From the NCBI GenBank assembly GCA_964016885.1, contig OZ024743.1, positions 43,896,001-43,960,000 on the forward strand: DNA of 64,000 nt, read 5' to 3'. The notes below the pieces were generated by a model. That model was not told the origin of the DNA. It searched no databases and saw only the letters and a program-made list of their open reading frames with translations. A program made the translations under genes and the position numbers. Shown one piece after another: positions 38,787-52,053 of this stretch. Position 1 is the first letter of the stretch. Each line of letters begins with the position of its first letter. This DNA comes from Eledone cirrhosa. Taxonomy: Eukaryota.

Positions 38787-38997
38787 AGTAAATGTTCTTA
38801 AACACTTTTGATTGTTATCTATGAAGTATTTCGGCTGAGTATTATATATTCATTTTAAATTGAGCTACTCTCATACTAGTAATTGGTTAATATTACCTAC
38901 ATTATATATATATATATATATGAACATGTTCACGACCCCGAGTATTGAGTACTCTGGTGTGTTGTGCTCCACCTGCTTCCTTACCACACTTCCTTCG

Positions 38998-39059
<62 letters not shown>

Positions 39060-39062
<3 letters not shown>

Positions 39063-39442
39063 AAGGGGCCATTCCATGATTAAATGTATGAAGCCTAACA
39101 ACAATAAATTATATTGAAAGTGTTAAACTGAAATTAATTAATTAGTTCTGTGTATGGCTTATTAATTTGGTTTTAGGAAGTCGTAGATTGCGAAATTGAG
39201 CATTATACGTGGTTGGACCTTTAATATTCCATATACATTGTAAGTAGATGAAAAGATGGAAATACTAAACAATTCGATGTTCAAATACACGTAATCAAGC
39301 TTTAGACGATGGATCTCCCATATATTTATAACCCTTAACTGTACCACCATGCTACTTTACTGGTTTGCAATATGTGTAGCACGCCAGATAGTGTGTTATG
39401 AATTAATTTCTGCTTGGCGTTTGTAGTGTAAATCCTGCCGAG

Positions 39443-39448
<6 letters not shown>
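39060..39448. repeat. Segment of about 390 bp, duplicated in inverted orientation at about 46635-47023
   Basis: Colinear reverse-complement match along its length. This copy is bounded by (TA)n on both sides. Confidence 0.9.
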
Positions 39449-39509
<61 letters not shown>

Positions 39510-39564
39510 AATGATGAAAGAAGGTTGACATGGTTTGCTATACAAAAAAAGTTTTTAACTCATA

Positions 39565-39670
39565 GCTGACAATTGTTTCTCTGAACTGGTAGGTCTAGAG
39601 ATCGCTATTCGCTTGTTTTCACGTTACTCCATCGCCAATACAAAATTATAACCAGTCAGTTCTTCGGAGC
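39565..39670 (-). ncRNA. Hammerhead-like motif with CCGAAGA core and long stem II insertion
   Basis: GCT-CCGAAGA-aCTGACTGGT..(about 65 nt)..ACCAGTTCAGa-GAAAC-AATT-GTC-AGC. Second copy at 43479-43584 (+). Confidence 0.6.
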
Positions 39671-40053
39671 ATGCGAGAATGAAGAGAATACACAGGCAAG
39701 AAAAGAATATACAGGCTACTATATGAAGTAGTAATGGCATTCAGTTAGAACAATAACAACAATTACAACAATGCTATTAATAAATTATTTGAGGAGACCC
39801 TGACATTACTTAAGTGGGGGGGTATAGTGTATGTAAGATTTCGGCGTGTAAAACTAGCTGTCATGTGGCAGAAGTAAAAGTTTGGCATTTACAGAGTATC
39901 GAAGTGTGTATCAATTTTAAATTATAAAGATAAGCCAGTGTTTACAGTCTTTCTTTTCATCTTCAATAACATACATGAGTGGGACAACACTGTCAAAGCT
40001 AAATAGTGGGTGAGTTAATACAGAGGTTAAGGAGGTGATACGCATATATTTAT

Positions 40054-40096
<43 letters not shown>

Positions 40097-41005
40097 CACA
40101 TGCATGTGTACATAGACTCATACATACACATCAATATACACTCGTACAAAAATATACATACATGCAAAGAGATAAGCGTGCTAATTGTAATTCTGGCAAA
40201 AGGAAGTTACATTGTAGTAGTGATTTGAGAAAAACTAGGATTTAGGATCAAATGATGGCAGCAGCTGAGAAGGAATAAGTTTGTGGGTTGATGAGGTAAT
40301 TACAGACATTTGTGTGGTATAGACTTATGAAGGCTAGAGTATACTTAATGAGTATATTTCTGTGGGTAGTGGGTATCCTAATTTAAAGCTAAGTTGTGTT
40401 GGTTCGATTCACGGAGGTTTGAATCTTATGAATTTAGTGGCAATTCTATGTCTGCAGAAGATAGATCTTTCTAACTTATTGTTAAGTAGTCTTTTTACAT
40501 TTTTGAGGATATACATTAGTTCAAGATCACATAGCCCGCAATGGGACATACCTGTACTATAGGTTTTAGCAGTCGACAACTTCGACCAGTTAATACTGTA
40601 GTTAGTGTCTGCTGTCCTTCAGTTCCCATATTTTTTTGGCGAGGGTTGTGGAACCCATAAGTGCACGGTTATTCATTGAGTGCCTGTGCACATACATTCT
40701 TTTTTATTTTTTTTTTAGTTTTAAAAGAACCCGCGTAGGATCCTATGTAATTCAGGTGGAGTTATCCGAAATGACCGTGCACATGTATACTACGCTCGAA
40801 TCGAGACATCTATTCGCCAGTGGGCACCTATCTGGTAGGTGACAGTTACAATTTGAGGCGCTATTTTGTGCAGCTTTTACATTCCTGTTTAGTACTCTGT
40901 TATAAGTGGGCTGTGATATATGCCCAATGGGGTTTTGCTGATGCGTGTTTGTATGCGCTTGCGGTTGTGATGTTGTGATGTGTTTATGCTTATAATTCGG
41001 TGCTA

Positions 41006-42720
41006 TTTATGGGGCAACACTAACGAGGCAATTAAATGGTTCAATAAAATACAAAATAGGGAGAGGTGTAACTTCATACAATTTGATATAGACGACTACT
41101 ATGCATCCATATCCCCAGCTACCCTAGATAAGGCGCTTATATTTGCCCAAAATAACTCTGATCTTACCCATGACGAAATTGAAATAATAATAGCGGCTAG
41201 AAAGACTATCATAAAATTTGAAAATAGCTACTGGGTAAGAAAGGATAGAATAAATACCTTCGATATAACAATGGGATTAAATGATTCTGCGCAAATCACA
41301 GATATCGTGGGGCTATTCATAGCACACAACCTACTTAAGGAATTCAGTAACCTCCAAGGAGGAATTTATAGGGGCGACACGCTACTCATAGCTAGGAACC
41401 TAAACAACCAGAGCATGGAAAGACTAAGAAAAAATATTAGAATATTCTTCAAAAAACTAGGCCTAAGTATTACCTACGAACTGAACCATAAGAAGGCAAA
41501 CTTTCTAGATGTGACTCTAAATCTAAATACTGGATTAATAGAACCTTTCCACAAAAATAATGAAAATCTTGCCTACATTAGTTACAACTCAAACCACCCC
41601 AAATCCATAATTAGATCCATAGCACGTAGTATATCCCTCCGAATATCCCGCTTATCCTCAAACCTAGAAATCTTTAACGAACATGCTGACTATTATAATG
41701 CAGCATTACGTAGGGTCGGTCATAAAGATAAACTGAAGTATATAGTGAATAAAGACAACCTAAACAATCCTAGTAATTACTACACCAACCGCTCACATAA
41801 TAATAGAAATAGCTTCACTAGACATAGTGTTAGACACGTAACACTTGGAGTAAACGGTCAAAACACTAATAACGTAAACCCAAGAAACAATAGAAGAAAC
41901 AGACAAAGAAAATACCTACCTATGGTTCAACCCAATATTCAACTCTATAAAAACTAGACTGCCCTCTACATTCTTTAAACTAATAGATAAACACTTCCCT
42001 ATCTGGCATAGATATCACAAAATACTCAATAGATTTACTATTAAACTCTCATACTCAACAGCAGCAAACATAGAATCACACATACGCAAGAGCAACCACA
42101 GAAATATCTCTAGTAAATCAACTGAACCTATACGTAACGTAGCACTGAATTATTAGCATAAACACATCACAACATCACAACCGCAAGCGCATACAAACAC
42201 GCATCAGCAAAACCCCATTGGGCATATATCACAACCCACTTATAACAGAGTACTAAACAGGAATGTAAAAGCTGCACAAAATAGCGCCTCAAATTGTAAC
42301 TGTCACCTACCAGATAGGTGCCCATTGGCGAACAGATGTCTCGATTCGAGCGTAGTATACATGTGCACGGTCATCTCGGATAACTCCACCTGGAATTACA
42401 TAGGATCCACCGTGGGTTCTTTTAAAAAAAGATGGTATGTGCACAGGCACTCAATGAAAAACCGTGCACTTATGGGTTCCACAACCCTCGCCAAAAAAAT
42501 ATGGGAACTGAAGGACAGCAGCACTAACTACAGTATTAACTGGTCGAAGTTGTCGGCTGCTAAAACCTATAGTACAGGTATGTCCCATTGCGGGCTATGT
42601 GATCTTGAACTAATGTATATCCTCAAAAATGTAAAAAGGCTACTTAACAATAAGTTAGAAAGATCTATCTTCTGCAGACATAGAATTGCCACTAAATTCA
42701 TAAGATTCAAACCTCCGTGA
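41006..42720 (+). pseudogene. PLE reverse transcriptase plus C-terminal GIY-YIG endonuclease, disrupted
   Basis: RT motifs FIQFDIDDYYASI, FDITMG..DSAQITDIVGL, GIYRGD (YRDD mutated), NFLDVTLNL and SNHP. Endonuclease motifs CNC..CPL..C..VVY..YIG, FKKRW..H, C.LC, LLN and CRH. Frameshift or stop at about 41.9-42.2 kb. Confidence 0.93.
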
Positions 42721-43033
42721 ATCGAACCAACACAACTTAGCTTTAAATTAGGATACCCACTACCCACAGAAATATACTCATTAAGTATACTCTAGCCTTC
42801 ACAAGTCTATACCACACAAATGTCTGTAATTACCCCATCAACCCACAAACTTATTCCTTCTCAGCTGCTGCCATCATTTGATCCTAAATCCTAGTTTTTC
42901 TCAAATCACTACTACAATGTAACTTTACCTCCCTTTTGCCATAATTACAGTTAGCACGCTTATATCTTTGCATGTATGTATATTTTTGTACGAGTGTATA
43001 TTGATGTGTATGTATGTGTCTATGTACACATGC

Positions 43034-43077
<44 letters not shown>

Positions 43078-43810
43078 ATGTGTGTGTGTGTGTGTATAAA
43101 TATATGCATATATTACCTCCTTACTCTCTGTATTAACTCACCCACTATTTAGCTTTGACAGCGTTGTCCCACTCATGTATGTTATTGAAGATGAAAAGAA
43201 AGACTGTAAACTCTGGCTTATCTTTATAATTTAAAATTGATACACACTTCGATACTCTGTACATGCCAAACTTTTACTTCTGTCTCATGACAGCTAGTTT
43301 TACACGCCGAAATCTTAGATACACTATACCCCCCACCTAAGTAATGTCAGGGTCTCCTCAAATAATTTATTAATAGCATTGTTGTAATTATTGTTATTGT
43401 TCTAACTGAATGCCATTACTACTTCATATAGTAGCCTGTATATTATTTCTTGCCTGTGTATTCTCTTCATTCTCGCATTCTCCGAAGAACTGACTGGTTA
43501 TAATTTTGTATTGGCGATGGATTAACGTGAAAACAAGCGAATAGCGATCTCTAGACCTACCAGTTCAGAGAAACAATTGTCAGCTATGAGATTAAAAACC
43601 TTTTTTGTATAGCAAACCATGTCAACATTCATTCCTGATTTATTATTACTCCAAGTGTTTACAACATAGGAATTACAGCATACCCGCAGCATCACTATGA
43701 AAACGCCTTGTTGAGTCAAACCAAGCCAAGCGTTGATATCATCCACTACCTGGAATACCATAACTGGACTATACCTAAGTAGACTGCATGTAACTATTAT
43801 CTGTTACCCC

Positions 43811-43869
<59 letters not shown>

Positions 43870-43872
<3 letters not shown>

Positions 43873-44100
43873 AAATAAATAAGTCAAATATTTAAAATTT
43901 GGCTTCGTTTATTGCTGCTATATATATTTTGGTGACAGCCATCTTTGGCTGTGACGTCTTCAGACAGTCCGATATGGTGCGGTAGAGACGGAGACACATG
44001 TTGTTGAGTTGTTTAACTCCGTTTATACTGCGATATGCCCAGTTCCTGGTTGGGTTGTTATTTTTTATTTTTATTTTATTTTACATTACTCCGGAGTAAC
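43870..44100 (-). mobile_element. pLTR remnant with a decayed hammerhead (43915-43967)
   Basis: CTGT-CTGAAGA-..ACAGCC aaagat GGCTGT..-(G>A)AAA-TATATATA-GCAG. Terminal motif AAATTTGGCTTCGTTTATT is shared with 30978-30996. Confidence 0.5.
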
Positions 44101-44173
44101 CAAACCAACATGCGCACTTCGTCGAGTGCTCCAATCTGCACACTGAGATGTCGGTAAACAACCAACATATACT

Positions 44174-44259
<86 letters not shown>

Positions 44260-45007
44260 GGGGGCTAGGCAAAATCGAATCTTTGGCTGTGTGCAAGCAA
44301 ATTCGACCTACGATATGAATGAGTTAGCAAAGCACTCGACAAGGTAGGTCTTCATATTAATAACATGCGTTTAAATAGCTTGACAAATTGAACATTGTGG
44401 TAGGAAAAATCTAACACACAATACTAAACTAACGAAAGAACTAAGAGGTTGAAAAAATACACCTGGACAAATCAAAGATCATACGTTTAAAGTGTTTCTA
44501 TGAATCCGAAATCAAATATCAGACTTACGTAGCTGGCAAGCTCATGGTATTTATGATCGAACAGAGGATTCATTTTATCAACAGGAATTTCGTTCTACCA
44601 AAGAACGGGGCGAAACGCTGAATGGTGCCGTTAACAGCAGCGAATTCGAACATTCATTTGCCACGTGTTATTTCCAACAAGGGAAATATATATATATATA
44701 TATATATATATTATTCAAAATGTTAATAAATGAAAAATATTCTCATAATGAAAATATATATTTTATTATAGATGTTTCAAAGGTACAGTGGTGTTTAAGT
44801 ACGTTTCATCAGACAAAATATAAGATTTGATATTATGTGACATACCGCTACGGTTTTGATTATTCAATTCCAGTATTGGCAGTGGTTTATTTCACCAAAT
44901 CTCAACGTTTTTATAAAAATACTCTAGGCAAAATTATTGGTGAGTGCTTCTAATCTATTGTAAAATTGTATTCGTTAATTAATCAACGAACCATATTAAT
45001 GTTTGGT

Positions 45008-45041
45008 CATATATATATATATATACATATAAGTATGTATG

Positions 45042-45123
<82 letters not shown>

Positions 45124-45131
45124 TATGTATG

Positions 45132-45209
<78 letters not shown>

Positions 45210-45213
45210 TATG

Positions 45214-45244
<31 letters not shown>
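45008..45244. repeat. (TA)n array with a higher-order unit AAGTATGTATG(TA)n, three times
   Basis: Motif at about 45031, 45121 and 45207. Confidence 0.9.
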
Positions 45245-45816
45245 TGATTTAGTTTACTTACCACGGCTTCGCATCTTTAACATGTCTCAATGAAATTTTT
45301 ACATTTAAACTCGCTCTCAAAAAATTAATTTTAAACGTATTCTCCTGAACATGCACTTTAGTCTTACCGTCCCACGGGTGAACATGTGTACTCGTTTTAA
45401 ATATTACAACATGCTATTAATGACGCTGATGCATTAGCCTATTACATGAGTTTCCGAACATTTATTCCACAGGGAGCTGGATTACAAGGAACAACTGTAT
45501 AAATTGTATGGAATCAACTAGTGTTATCAACTAAAGAAAATGTTGAAATTAAATGAATAATAACAGAGCTAAAGTAAATCTCCCGCAAAAAGTAAGTATC
45601 TTTACCAACAGAATACATATGTTTATTCAACAATAATGTCTTGTACGTCATTTCTTAAAGAACATTATATATAATGTCGTTATAAAATATTGAAAGGAGG
45701 CATTCACTACCTTGTGAAGATCAATGAGTGTCCTACTACGTTTATACGCATGTATGTATGGGTTTATGTATGTGTGTGTGTGTATGTGTGTGTGTGCGGG
45801 TGTGTTTCTGTGTGTG

Positions 45817-45847
<31 letters not shown>

Positions 45848-48349
45848 TTGAGTTATTGCTGTCTCACCACTCTCAGTGGCGAGGCTGTAAAGAAAGAGTG
45901 TAGTGTTAACTGATTGTATGATTTAAGTAATAATGTATATTTCTTAATGATTGCTAAATTTTGAACGAAATGTGTTTTCCTAAGATCCCTGTCACTCTCG
46001 GTATTTAACAAATAAACAAACGAAACTATGGTAGATTTTGACTCGGATTGATCAATTAAAATTAAAATAAAAACAGACGACACCGATAATCTATCAATTT
46101 AATCGATGCATCATTAATATTGAGATATATATTTTAACTGTGGCATCCTGCTATATACACATATATGTTGTGTATGTGTATGTGCATGTGCACCCCCCCC
46201 CCACACACACACAGATATATATATATACGTATACACATATATATGTGAATGTGTGTTTATTCGCGATGGTTTTCCATCTGCTTTTGGAATACCCCAAATA
46301 TATGAAGCTATATATACAGATGTTAATCAGAGATAATGGAATTATTTACACTGTTTAAATCAGTTTTATATGTGACGTATACATACACGGTTTAAATGAT
46401 TCACTCCGGTTATTGTTTATCACAATTTGAATTATATTTCCTCCGGCAGTTTCGGTGATGTGCTTTCATCTAGTCGATCAATTGAACATCTGAGTGTTAA
46501 TTTGGGCATTTAAATGTGACGGTCACCCAAGTTTTCTCGATAAGAAATTTGTAAATTTCTTCCAGAGAATGGGAGAGAAAAAGTGAGATAGAAAAGTGGT
46601 AATCTTTCTTCTATCCACTTCAACGAGAGGCAAAATAATCTCGGTGGGATTTACACTACAAACGCCAAGCAGAAATTAATTCATAACACACTATCTGGGG
46701 TGCTACACATATTGCAAACCATTAAAGTAGAATGGTGGTACAGTTGAGGGTTATAAATAGATGGGAGATCCAGCCTCTAAGGCTTGCTTACTTGTGTATT
46801 TGAGCATCGAATTGTTAGTATGTCCATCTTTTCGTCTACTTACAATGTATATGGAATATAAAAGTTCCTACCACGTATATTGCTCAATTTCGCAATCTAC
46901 GACTTCCTCAAATTAAATTAATAAGCCATACACAGAACTAATTAATTAATTTCAGTTTAACACTTTCAATATCATTTATTGTTGTTAGGCTTCATAAATT
47001 TAATCATGGAATTGCCCCTTTAAATATTAAATATGAAAGAGCATTTGTTGGGATAATGCATCGACCAGATGCCAATTATTTGTACAATGGCAATTATTAA
47101 CACGACGTCACGTATGAGACTACTTTATACGTATATTGTGTTCACTTCATTTCGATTTGACACCTTACAACTTGAGACGCGTGTCTGGTGTATGTATATG
47201 AAAGCTGGTACTTTATTGAATAAATATAACAAAATCAATGGTAATTAATAATTAGCGTCTAGATACTAATTGTTTCCAGTTATTAACACTACTATTGCTA
47301 TATTATATTTTAATTGAATTCATATCAGCTCCATTTCTTATAAATTATTCATATATCAAATGTATTTAGTGCTTTAAAATATATAATATAAGAAATATAT
47401 ACGTGTGTGAGCGCATTTATACGTATGTGTGAGTGTGTAAGTGATCGATTTGCCCGTCGAGAACGTCGCACGAACGTTTAGTTACAAAGTATAAAATATA
47501 ATTTAATTTATAAATGATTGTTAAAGGTTAAATGAAAATAGAATTGATAAAAATTTCGTATATGTTTAAATTAATAGAAATTAGATGAAGTTAATCAAAG
47601 CAATAAAAAGAAATTAACTTGTCAGACCTTCATTTGAAGCATTAGACAACGTCTAGACTAACAACTGAGGTTACATTTCTTATATGTGAACTCATTTTGT
47701 GTCACTGTACCTAAGCTACTGATTACGAATGACAATGCCATAATTCGACTTGAAGTTGGCTGTCAGATCAATATATATGTTTGTTTTATACAGAAGATTT
47801 TAAGTGGGGCAAATATTTATTCAACAATCAATATTTTTGTAAATTTCGAACCCTATTGATGCTCTAGTTTTAAGTGATCTTATAATACAGTATAAAACTA
47901 TGGTGATGAGGTTGGTGCTCAAGTGGGTGTTGTTTCTCACATGGCTCTAGATTTTTCTGCTCCATTTATTAAGACAAAATTCGAAGATTTTTCTTTAATT
48001 TTGAGTGTTTTTTTTTATGTGACAATCCATATCCGATTGTACCAGCTCGAGTAGGCCATCTCAACTAGATGTGTTGTTGAAGCTGTTTCTATTCATGGCC
48101 ATGGCGTTGATTCTCGCGTCCGTGGCAATGTTTTACTGCTTGTTTCAGCGGTTACAGCTGTGGTGTTTCACCCTCAAATCAACGAATCATGAACGTGGTA
48201 GTGACATGAACAAAGCTTAGAGGAGAAAAGTGAGTGGCCCCTTAACTCGAGTGGTGAAGAAAGAGGTACAGACTGTCCAGCAGCGTCATCGGGCTTTAGA
48301 AGAATGGAACGGGTAAATAGCTTGGGATCAGGATTTACCCAGTTATAAC

Positions 48350-49215
48350 TGATTTTGTGGATGAAACCTGCACGAGGGGCTTCTCTTATCCAGAAATAGG
48401 CCGAGAGCAGACTATCAGTGAAAACCGATCAGTCATGGCTCGCCATTTTGATTTTTGTGAAAATGAGGTGCTCCGTTTGTCTGGTGATTCATATGCTGTC
48501 AACATCCTCTGCGTTGAGAACTGGTCATAATGTGGATGATTATGCCTAAATATGCATTGTGGTCATGACATCTCCTTCTTGAAAACTATACTGTCTTCAA
48601 ACGCTCAGAGCCCAATGTAAATCGGGAAATACTATCCATAGAATCTCTCGTTTGGTTCTCTATAGATTGTTATTGATGAGTAAAAATAATGTTGTTCTTC
48701 GGGAGAATCTGGGCGTCGATAAAAATCACCTAGCCACACATTTCAAGGGGATGTTTTGGCCATGGCACATGGCTACCTTTCAGAAATTCCTGGTCTGGAA
48801 GTACTACCGGAAATATTGCCAGTTAGAGATAAACTCTACAGGCCTGACTGTACCGTCATCCAAGCCGGTCTGTGAGTCCATGCATTGCTGACATGTGGTG
48901 TATGTCGACCTCCTCCTTCACAGTTGAGCCCATCGTGAAGATCACCCCATTGACTTATTTTAGCTGGGAAGAGCAGACTGCTTTTAACTGCATATTGGCG
49001 ATGGCGAAAGACGCCGTGTGGTGGGTGCTCTTAAAATTCTGAAGGATAACCACTTTCCTTTTCAGGAAACTCTGAGTAAATTTTCCAGGTTCAACATGAA
49101 AAAGAAAATAGGCTTCGAAAAGTAAATACTTCTTTCTAAACAGTTTGGTAAAAAGTGGAAAAGAGTGCCGAACATGTTTCGGGTGAATGAGCCTGATCCG
49201 AGTATGCACCTGTAA
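48350..49215 (+). mobile_element. Old, degenerate Tx1-like ORF2 3' fragment
   Basis: TTTCAGAAATTCCTGGTCTGG..GTTAGAGATAAACTCTACAGGC and FQKFLVW align to the 3' part of copy 1. The 5' boundary is uncertain. Confidence 0.7.
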
Positions 49216-51042
49216 ATGTTCAGTATTATCTCTTCTGTAGACAGTTCATTCTTAAAATTTGTATCACAATGCAATTGTAACCTAAGCAAACATGAAAGAC
49301 CAGCCGAACTCCCACTGTTCAGGATTCATAATGTTCCTGGACAATTGAGAGTCGGAACTTGCTCTAACGGTCAGGTTGACTGTGATGTTTTGTGGGGTGA
49401 TTTTGTGGGCTTTCTCAGCGAGTAATATTCGGAGATCTCCGCATTATTGGGCAATTTTTCTTTGGCTTGAGAACTTTTACGTTTTCTGTTATCAATTTTA
49501 ACATGCAAAAATCCATATCATATCGTCCTGTGTGGCCTCTCGTCTTATTCTTGATGTCATCTATGTGTGGCTAATAAAGAGATCATTAATATTATTACCA
49601 TTATTATTATCCTCGTCATCACCATCATCAGCAGCATTGTCATCCTCTTCCTCAACCTTCTCCGTCTCCTCCTCCTCCTCCTCCTCGTCCTCCTCCTCCT
49701 CCTCCTCATCATCATCATCAATATCATCATTATCACTCTAATAAATATTTGCAAATATTTGTATAATGTTATCGTATACCATCAACCGTAATATTTGAAT
49801 GGAAAACATGTACATTGAATTTAATTAAGTAGTAAACTCATACGTGATTTAATAAATATGAAGCCATTGTGATATTACGAACTTTAAAAAAAATAAAGTC
49901 ATTAACAACGTTCTCTTTAATATCATATACATATATCTTTCCTCTTACTATGTTTTATAATTAATGAAACTTCGGCATATAATTGTTATTCATTGAGCTA
50001 GTGGCACTATTAAATTATGTTGCAAAGCTTTGCTATTGTTTGATTTTTAATTTAATTCATATTGATTCTATTATTCCTATGGAAGACCGGTTAACATATA
50101 AACCTTTAATATATGCATATGTCGTTTTACATATACTTCCGTACATACAGCTTCAATTAATGAAGTAAACAAAAATACCTCATGCTGTTTCAACTACCTA
50201 TTCATTTGTTTTTGTGATAAATCTCTCTAAGCGTATATTTTTGTCATATACAAACTGATAATCATTAGAGACTTCAGCATGAAACATACAATAGTGTTTA
50301 AATATCAGATTTTGTTGAATAACTAAAAGGGTTAAAGTATACGTAAATATTTAATAATATATATCAGAAACTCTAATAAATTTAATTATCTGAAGAGAAC
50401 CGAAAGTTTGAAAATTAATTAAATTACAAATACTGTGAAGGGAGGTGGGAACAAAATTTCCGCCATGTATTTTGGAAGTTATATCAAAGAAAATGAGAAG
50501 AAATATACAGCACTGGAATAGATCAACAATTGCTATTGTTGTTACCAATAATGTCTAGAACCATAAAATCTAATATATTCTCTATGTTCTTGATTACGTT
50601 AAAAAAACAATGACAATTCTAAAATTATCGTCTAGCTTTATCTACAATTTAAGAGTCATTGCTTTTTCACATCAGATGTATATTTATTAAAATGTTGTCT
50701 CACCATAGTTTATTGCTTCTATATATCTTCTCTGTTTATCACTCTCTTTTCTATACAACCATGACTCTCACCATACGTTCTGTGTACAATAACTCCGTCC
50801 GAAACAAAAACTTAAGGGTTACAAATTCAAAAACATTTTGTTTTCAAAGACCAGCAGTTGCAAGAGCGGGAGAGATCATCCTGCCGAGAACCAGCTGAGT
50901 TCGAAATGCATCGACGATTGTCCCGCTTGCTTCTGCTGGAGACCGCTTGGTGGTGTTAGCTGCCGCTGTTTTTGCATAGCTACGGCTTTCTACATACCGT
51001 ATTTCTTTAGAAATACGAAATTCAAATACACACACACACACA

Positions 51043-51163
<121 letters not shown>

Positions 51164-51199
51164 AATATAAATATATATGTATATGTGGATGTGTGTGTA

Positions 51200-51600
51200 T
51201 ATAATATATTTGGCAATATACCGTATGTTTAATTTAAAACATTTAGAAGACCATACGCTATCAGTTTAAAATTAGTGACTATGCCACTTACTTCTTTTAG
51301 GCGATAGAAAGGAGAGAAGCTGACAGTCTGTTTCACGCTGGTTGGCGTTCATCAGAGCCAGCTTCTGCCGAAAATTATAGAAGCTGTATTCTTATAGAAT
51401 TCCAGTAATAATCAAGAGCTCATTATACAGAGCGATTGCAGGTCCACCAAACATTAGGTATTAAGATTGTTGCTCTGAAATAGCGATGTATACGGTTTTC
51501 TAAAGGTTTTTAATTAAACATACGGTATATTGCCAAATATACTATACATACATTCATGTATACATCGCTTTTTCAGAGCACCAATCTTAATACCTATGTA
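51200..51600. mobile_element. Fold-back element (family E) with nested inversions
   Basis: About 51205-51252 versus about 51494-51541 inverted, and about 51558-51597 inverts about 51455-51492. Microsatellite flanks. Confidence 0.7.
51318..51359 (-). ncRNA. Canonical type I hammerhead ribozyme motif
   Basis: GGCT-CTGATGA-ACGC caacca GCGT-GAAAC-agact-GTC-AGCT: all core nucleotides present, 4-bp stem II, GUC triplet. Confidence 0.82.
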
Positions 51601-51608
51601 TGTATCCC

Positions 51609-51773
<165 letters not shown>

Positions 51774-51835
51774 CGGAAAAAATGAAACGAAATTTCATTT
51801 CTCACATATACATACTTATATATATAGTATACATA

Positions 51836-51902
<67 letters not shown>

Positions 51903-51918
51903 TAAAATAACAGTTTAA

Positions 51919-51965
51919 AGTTTAAGCAAAGAATCGCTGCTTTCTCCCTTAATGGGATCTTCTGA

Positions 51966-51969
<4 letters not shown>
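51919..51969 (-). ncRNA. Hammerhead-like motif with CAGAAGA core (family B), solo copy between (TA)n tracts
   Basis: AGTTT-CAGAAGA-TCCC attaa GGGA-GAAA-GCA..TGC-TT-AAACT. Confidence 0.55.

Positions 51970-52053
<84 letters not shown>

Larger units (their letters stand above)
38068..38812. mobile_element. Fold-back element (family D) with diverged arms of about 110 bp and a nested SINE
   Basis: About 38070-38180 versus about 38703-38810 inverted. Both arms hold a hammerhead-like motif. Confidence 0.7.
39506..43810 (+). mobile_element. 5'-truncated Penelope-like (Naiad-type) retroelement with a 1.5-kb inverted pseudo-LTR
   Basis: About 39506-41005 is the reverse complement of about 42140-43645. 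RT and GIY-YIG coding sequence lies between and within the arms. (TA)n flanks on both sides. Confidence 0.93.

Noticed and set aside
42290-42720. Selenocysteine-encoding Naiad
   Set aside because: No in-frame TGA at the conserved Cys positions in this endonuclease or in the 32.1-32.8 kb one.
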